Source: Thermotogota bacterium
Lineage (GTDB): Bacteria; Thermotogota; Thermotogae; Petrotogales; Kosmotogaceae
Assembly: GCA_034660555.1 (NCBI GenBank)
Contig: JAYEJL010000107.1
Location: 1-11,208 of the forward strand
DNA: 11,208 nt
Reading direction: 5' to 3'
Within the stretch, counting starts at the first letter, position 1, and the number at the start of each line of letters is the position of its first letter. The position numbers and the translations under genes were made by a program. The notes under the pieces were generated by a model. The model had not been told where the DNA came from and searched no databases. It saw nothing but the letters and a program-made list of their open reading frames with translations. This document shows, piece by piece, positions 7,643 to 11,208 of this stretch.

Positions 7643-8088
7643 ATGTGGAAGGACTTCAAGAAATTTATTATGAGAGGGAACATCATTGAAATCGCCATAG
7701 CATTTATTCTTGGGAGTGCATTTGGTCAAATTGTATCATCGCTTGTTCGGGACATAATAATGCCGCCAATAGGACTACTGCTAGGTAGGGTAAGTTTTTC
7801 AAATCTATTTATTTAACTGGTGAGAAGTTTAATACTTTAGCTGAGGCTCAGGCAGCCGGAGCACCAACCATTAATTACGGTGTTTTTATTAACACAGTCG
7901 TAAGTTTCATGATAATAGCATTTGTTATTTTTATTATAGTCAGACAGATGACAAAGCTACTTGAAAAACCAAAGGAAGAACAGCCCAAACCGCCATCAAC
8001 AAAAACATGTCCGTATTGTTATACAAGTATTCCGATACAGGCGACAAGATGTCCTAACTGCACATCAAAATTGGAGGAAAAAGTTTAG
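7643..8088 (+). pseudogene. mscL: Large-conductance mechanosensitive channel with C-terminal Zn ribbon, frameshifted
   Basis: Not in the ORF track. ATG 7643 gives [44 protein letters not shown]...NLFI* (TAA 7814-7816). The -1 frame continues [44 protein letters not shown]...TKTCPYCYTSIPIQATRCPNCTSKLEEKV* (TAG 8086-8088). Confidence 0.93.
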
Positions 8089-8097
8089 AAATTATTT

Positions 8098-8604
8098 ATG
8101 GGTTTATTGGATTCACGATTTAAAGGTAACAAGAAAAAGTATATTATTCAAATACTGCTGGCAACATTATTGGTATTAATCGTTCTTTTGCTCTTAGATA
8201 CCGTTTCTGATGTTGTTGTGATAGCATCCTTTGGTGCCAGCTCTTTCATTGTGTTTTCAGTTCCCAATTCTTCCGCGGCAGGTGTAAGATTTGTACTCGG
8301 AGGTAATATTACGGGTATACTATCAGCCTTCCTGGTAAATCTTATAGGCGTTTTAGTTGTGAATTCCGGGGTAGTTGCAGCAACCAATGAATACTATCAA
8401 ACTGTTCTGGGTGCTATATCAGTTGGTCTTGCAATGTTTTTGATGGTAATATTTAATACAGAACATCCTCCTGCTGCAGGTCTTGCTCTGGGAATTTGTC
8501 TTGAAGGTTTTGATTACCTTACTGCTTTGATAACAATAACGGGAATAATTATTCTATTGCTATTTAAACGAATTTTCAAAAAATATCTCATTAATCTGCT
8601 ATGA
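8098..8604 (+). CDS. HPP family membrane protein
   Basis: Several hydrophobic helices; ASFGASSFIVFSVPNS, VLGGN and the EHPPAAG signature. Confidence 0.9.
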   Translation: MGLLDSRFKGNKKKYIIQILLATLLVLIVLLLLDTVSDVVVIASFGASSFIVFSVPNSSAAGVRFVLGGNITGILSAFLVNLIGVLVVNSGVVAATNEYYQTVLGAISVGLAMFLMVIFNTEHPPAAGLALGICLEGFDYLTALITITGIIILLLFKRIFKKYLINLL

Positions 8605-8683
8605 AATTAATAAATCTACTTTATTCGTTAATCTATAAGTAAGTAAACAGGTGTAAAATATTAATGATTATAAAAATATTTCG

Positions 8684-10729
8684 GTGATTGCTGTGCCTAA
8701 CAAGAAAATTGAAACTATAATTATATATATGTTCTTTTTACTGCTTGCTGTTTCTATTATCATACTTTTGAGTAGCTTGTATGATATAGGTCAGGTAGCT
8801 TTGATACTTATTTCATCTGCTTTTGTAGTTTCACCTCTACTTTTCAGAAAAGACTTTAGAAAATATCTTGTACCAGTTCAGGCCTTTGCATTAAGTACAT
8901 TCGTAATACATATCTTTTTTAAAGATAATATACTAAATTTCTGGAGTATTTTGATCTATTTCGGTGTCTTATTTTTATCACTTATGTGGCTAGTTTACAT
9001 TAACAGAAAAGATGTGCTTGAACACAGAAAAACCCAGAACAGATTACAAAAATATTCAATGGTCCTTGAAAAGGTTCCCTTTGTAATTGTCATTCATGAT
9101 AAAGACAATATTATTTTTATGAATAAAGAATACAAAAAACTTTTTGGAACGAAAAATATACTCAAAGGTACATTTGGTCAAGGCAATGCGAATAATTGTA
9201 AATGCTATGCAAAAAAAGATTCAGATAGAGCTATGGCCCGCATCTGCAGAATTGATACATTAAAAGGGGAACGGTGGTGTTCATTAAGGACGGAACTGAT
9301 TAACGGAATCGACAATTATTATATTACCAGTGTACTTGACCACACTGATCAAATATCTTCAGGAGAGCAGATCAAAGAACTTATAGATATTGAAAAAAGA
9401 ATATTCAACTCCTTGCCTGTGGGTATTGCAGTTATTAGTAAGGAACATGGATTGGAATTTAGCAATGAAATTTTTTCTAAGTTAGTATCAGAAAAGCGTG
9501 TTCCTGTAAAAGAAAATAAAGACATATGTCCGGTGAAATGCAGCGCCGCTGAATGCGTGCTTGACAGAGGAACAGAATATTTTGAAGAATTAAAAAGTAA
9601 ATATGGAAACGCTGTTTACAAGCTGAGATGTATTCCTATCAGTAAAAATGGACATGTTACCGAGGCGGCAGTGACTCTTGAAGATATCACCAAAAAGAAA
9701 AAATATATTGAGACGCTTCAGAATCTATCTTCAAGCAGCAATTTAATAAGACGATTATCAGGACTATTAACATCAGGCAAGACTGGTTTTGAAGAATTTG
9801 GAGAGGAAATCTATAACGTTATTCACAATGAACTTAAACTCTGTGATCACATGTTTATAGCAAAAAAGATAAGTGAAGAAGAAATTCTTATTGAATTTGG
9901 CGTTATAGAAGGTGAGACAGTATCTGGAAAGAAAATTAAGCTTAATGAACCTTCACTAACCGGACATATTATCAATAACACAAACAGATTATATCTTGAA
10001 GACATCAAGAAGAGCGATATAAAGTCGTATGTGCCTAAAAACATTATGAGTGATAACAGGCCAATAACTTTTTTTGGAGTTCCTTTGAAGATTTCTGGAA
10101 AAACCCAGGGTGTGGTTGCCTTTGAATCATGGGGCGAAGATGTTTTTGATGAGAGCAAAAAGGAGATATTTTCTATAATCGCAAGTCAGCTGGAAGTGCT
10201 AATAAAGATACAAAAAGATGTTGAAAATTTGTATGAAGAGAGAAATGAGCTTAAGAAAATAGTTGTTCGAGACAAATTAACAGGAGCCTATAACAGAAAT
10301 TTTTTTGATGAATATATAAAAAAGATTCAAGCAATTAATCTAAGACAAAAAGAGAACTCTTCAATTGTTATGCTTGATATAAATCATTTCAAGAAAATCA
10401 ACGATAAAAAAGGGCATATTTTTGGAGATAGAGTACTGAAACTTGTAAGCGAGGTAATTGTGTCTACCTTAAGAGATATGGATGTTTTTATAAGATATGG
10501 AGGCGATGAGTTTATAATAATACTGCCTAAAATTGCTAAAAAGGATGCTTATAAGGTAATGTCTCGAATTACAAGAGTACTAGAAACCCAATCTGAAAAA
10601 GAAATAAATATGAAGATAACTATTTCTTATGGGATATCTCGTTTTGGAATTGCCCAGGATTACTTTAAAGCGATAAAAATTGCAGATGATCTTATGTACA
10701 AAATGAAAAATTCTAATCCTGAAACTTGA
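8684..10729 (+). CDS. Membrane-anchored PAS/PAS/GAF sensor diguanylate cyclase (GGDEF)
   Basis: About 4 N-terminal TM segments, PAS-like segments (VLEKVPFVIVIHD, IFNSLPVGIAVI) and a GAF region (FFGVPLKISGKTQGVVAF). Catalytic domain has RDKLTGAYNR, MLDINHFKKINDKKGHIFGD and RYGGDEF, with an intact RxxD I-site (RDMD). The start may be GTG 8693. Confidence 0.93.
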   Translation: MIAVPNKKIETIIIYMFFLLLAVSIIILLSSLYDIGQVALILISSAFVVSPLLFRKDFRKYLVPVQAFALSTFVIHIFFKDNILNFWSILIYFGVLFLSLMWLVYINRKDVLEHRKTQNRLQKYSMVLEKVPFVIVIHDKDNIIFMNKEYKKLFGTKNILKGTFGQGNANNCKCYAKKDSDRAMARICRIDTLKGERWCSLRTELINGIDNYYITSVLDHTDQISSGEQIKELIDIEKRIFNSLPVGIAVISKEHGLEFSNEIFSKLVSEKRVPVKENKDICPVKCSAAECVLDRGTEYFEELKSKYGNAVYKLRCIPISKNGHVTEAAVTLEDITKKKKYIETLQNLSSSSNLIRRLSGLLTSGKTGFEEFGEEIYNVIHNELKLCDHMFIAKKISEEEILIEFGVIEGETVSGKKIKLNEPSLTGHIINNTNRLYLEDIKKSDIKSYVPKNIMSDNRPITFFGVPLKISGKTQGVVAFESWGEDVFDESKKEIFSIIASQLEVLIKIQKDVENLYEERNELKKIVVRDKLTGAYNRNFFDEYIKKIQAINLRQKENSSIVMLDINHFKKINDKKGHIFGDRVLKLVSEVIVSTLRDMDVFIRYGGDEFIIILPKIAKKDAYKVMSRITRVLETQSEKEINMKITISYGISRFGIAQDYFKAIKIADDLMYKMKNSNPET

Positions 10730-11082
10730 ATCCTTTTTCGAAAACTTTTAAACAAGCTTGCGCGACCTTTTCATCATATAAGACAACAGCATTTTTCTCA
10801 ATTTCCTCAAGAGCTTTATTTACACCGAGAGCGGGTCTATATGGACGATTGGAAGACATCGCTTCCACAACATCTGCAACAGCTAAAATCCTGCCTTCCA
10901 GTGATATTTCATTGCCTTTTAAACCTATGGGATAACCGCTACCGTTCAATCTCTCATGGTGTTCATATATATACTTTTCTATTGGCCAAGGAAAATTATG
11001 TTCTTTGAAGATTTCGTAGCCAATTTTTGGATGTTCCTTGATTAGGTCGAATTCAATTTTTGTCAATTTACCGGGTTTTGTC
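10713..11082 (-). pseudogene. 3' fragment of an HD-GYP phosphodiesterase interrupted by an IS
   Basis: TKPGKLTKIEFDLIKEHP...HHERLNGSGYPIGLKG...ILAVADVVEAMSSNRPYR. The HD dyad that should precede KPGKL is missing, and HD-GYP-like sequence stops at 11082. Confidence 0.88.
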
Positions 11083-11116
11083 GACAGCGTAAAATTGATG
11101 CTGTAAAAAGATAAAA

Positions 11117-11166
11117 GCCCTGTATCCTATAATAGGACAAACCTATATAAAGGAGGGATACAGGGC
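11117..11166 (+). promoter_or_regulatory. SD-sequestering hairpin enclosing the putative transposase -10 box
   Basis: GCCCTGTATCC (11117-11127) and GGATACAGGGC (11156-11166) form a perfect 11-bp inverted repeat. TATAAT is at 11128-11133 and SD AGGAGG at 11151-11156. Confidence 0.75.
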
Positions 11167-11208
11167 ATGAAACTAAAGAATATTATACAACAGTTTCTAG
11201 TAGAAAAC
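11167..11208 (+). CDS. Putative transposase N-terminus (partial)
   Basis: MKLKNIIQQFLVEN, open to the window end, with a strong SD, inside the inferred IS. Too short to show catalytic motifs. Confidence 0.6.
   Translation, partial: MKLKNIIQQFLVEN

Larger units (their letters stand above)
11083..11208 (+). mobile_element. Left end of an insertion sequence, probably IS256 (Mutator-like) family
   Basis: Begins exactly where the HD-GYP frame breaks, with GACAGCGTAAAATTGATGCTGTAAA. From recall this resembles IS256-family ends of the GAGAGTGTAAAA...TGTAAA type. It is followed by TATAAT, an SD and an ORF running off the window. Confidence 0.72.

Noticed and set aside
7805..7820. Programmed -1 frameshift in mscL
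   Set aside because: There is no X XXY YYZ slippery heptamer at the site and no obvious downstream stimulatory structure.
281..10935. Short track ORFs (281..568, 1875..2165, 2141..2341, 2529..2807, 4810..5037, 4889..5113, 5061..5243, 5383..5760, 6126..6308, 6330..6596, 6361..6546, 7471..7698, 7961..8179, 8148..8387, 9847..10158, 10726..10935)
   Set aside because: These are antisense or off-frame shadows of well-supported genes, with no recognisable motifs.

Overview
Low-GC bacterial chromosomal region; the gene content and style suggest an anaerobe such as Thermotogota, but this is an inference. From left to right: the 5' end of an SPL-like radical SAM gene (-); a DegV gene and a Zn-finger/YbjQ-like gene (+); and a three-gene polar amino-acid ABC transporter (-). 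The transporter has a leader with a promoter, a 28-codon uORF and mutually exclusive antiterminator/terminator hairpins. Next is an ~2.9-kb disrupted lipoprotein gene (-), which the ORF track splits into pieces. It encodes a metzincin Zn-protease domain and what appears to be a circularly permuted caspase/legumain-like (clan CD) protease, with the Cys half placed before the His half. The window continues with a frameshifted mscL carrying a C-terminal Zn ribbon, an HPP-family membrane protein and a membrane PAS-GAF-GGDEF diguanylate cyclase (all +). It ends with a convergent HD-GYP gene interrupted by an IS256-like element. The best leads are the permuted clan CD protease, the dual-protease lipoprotein and the candidate attenuator.
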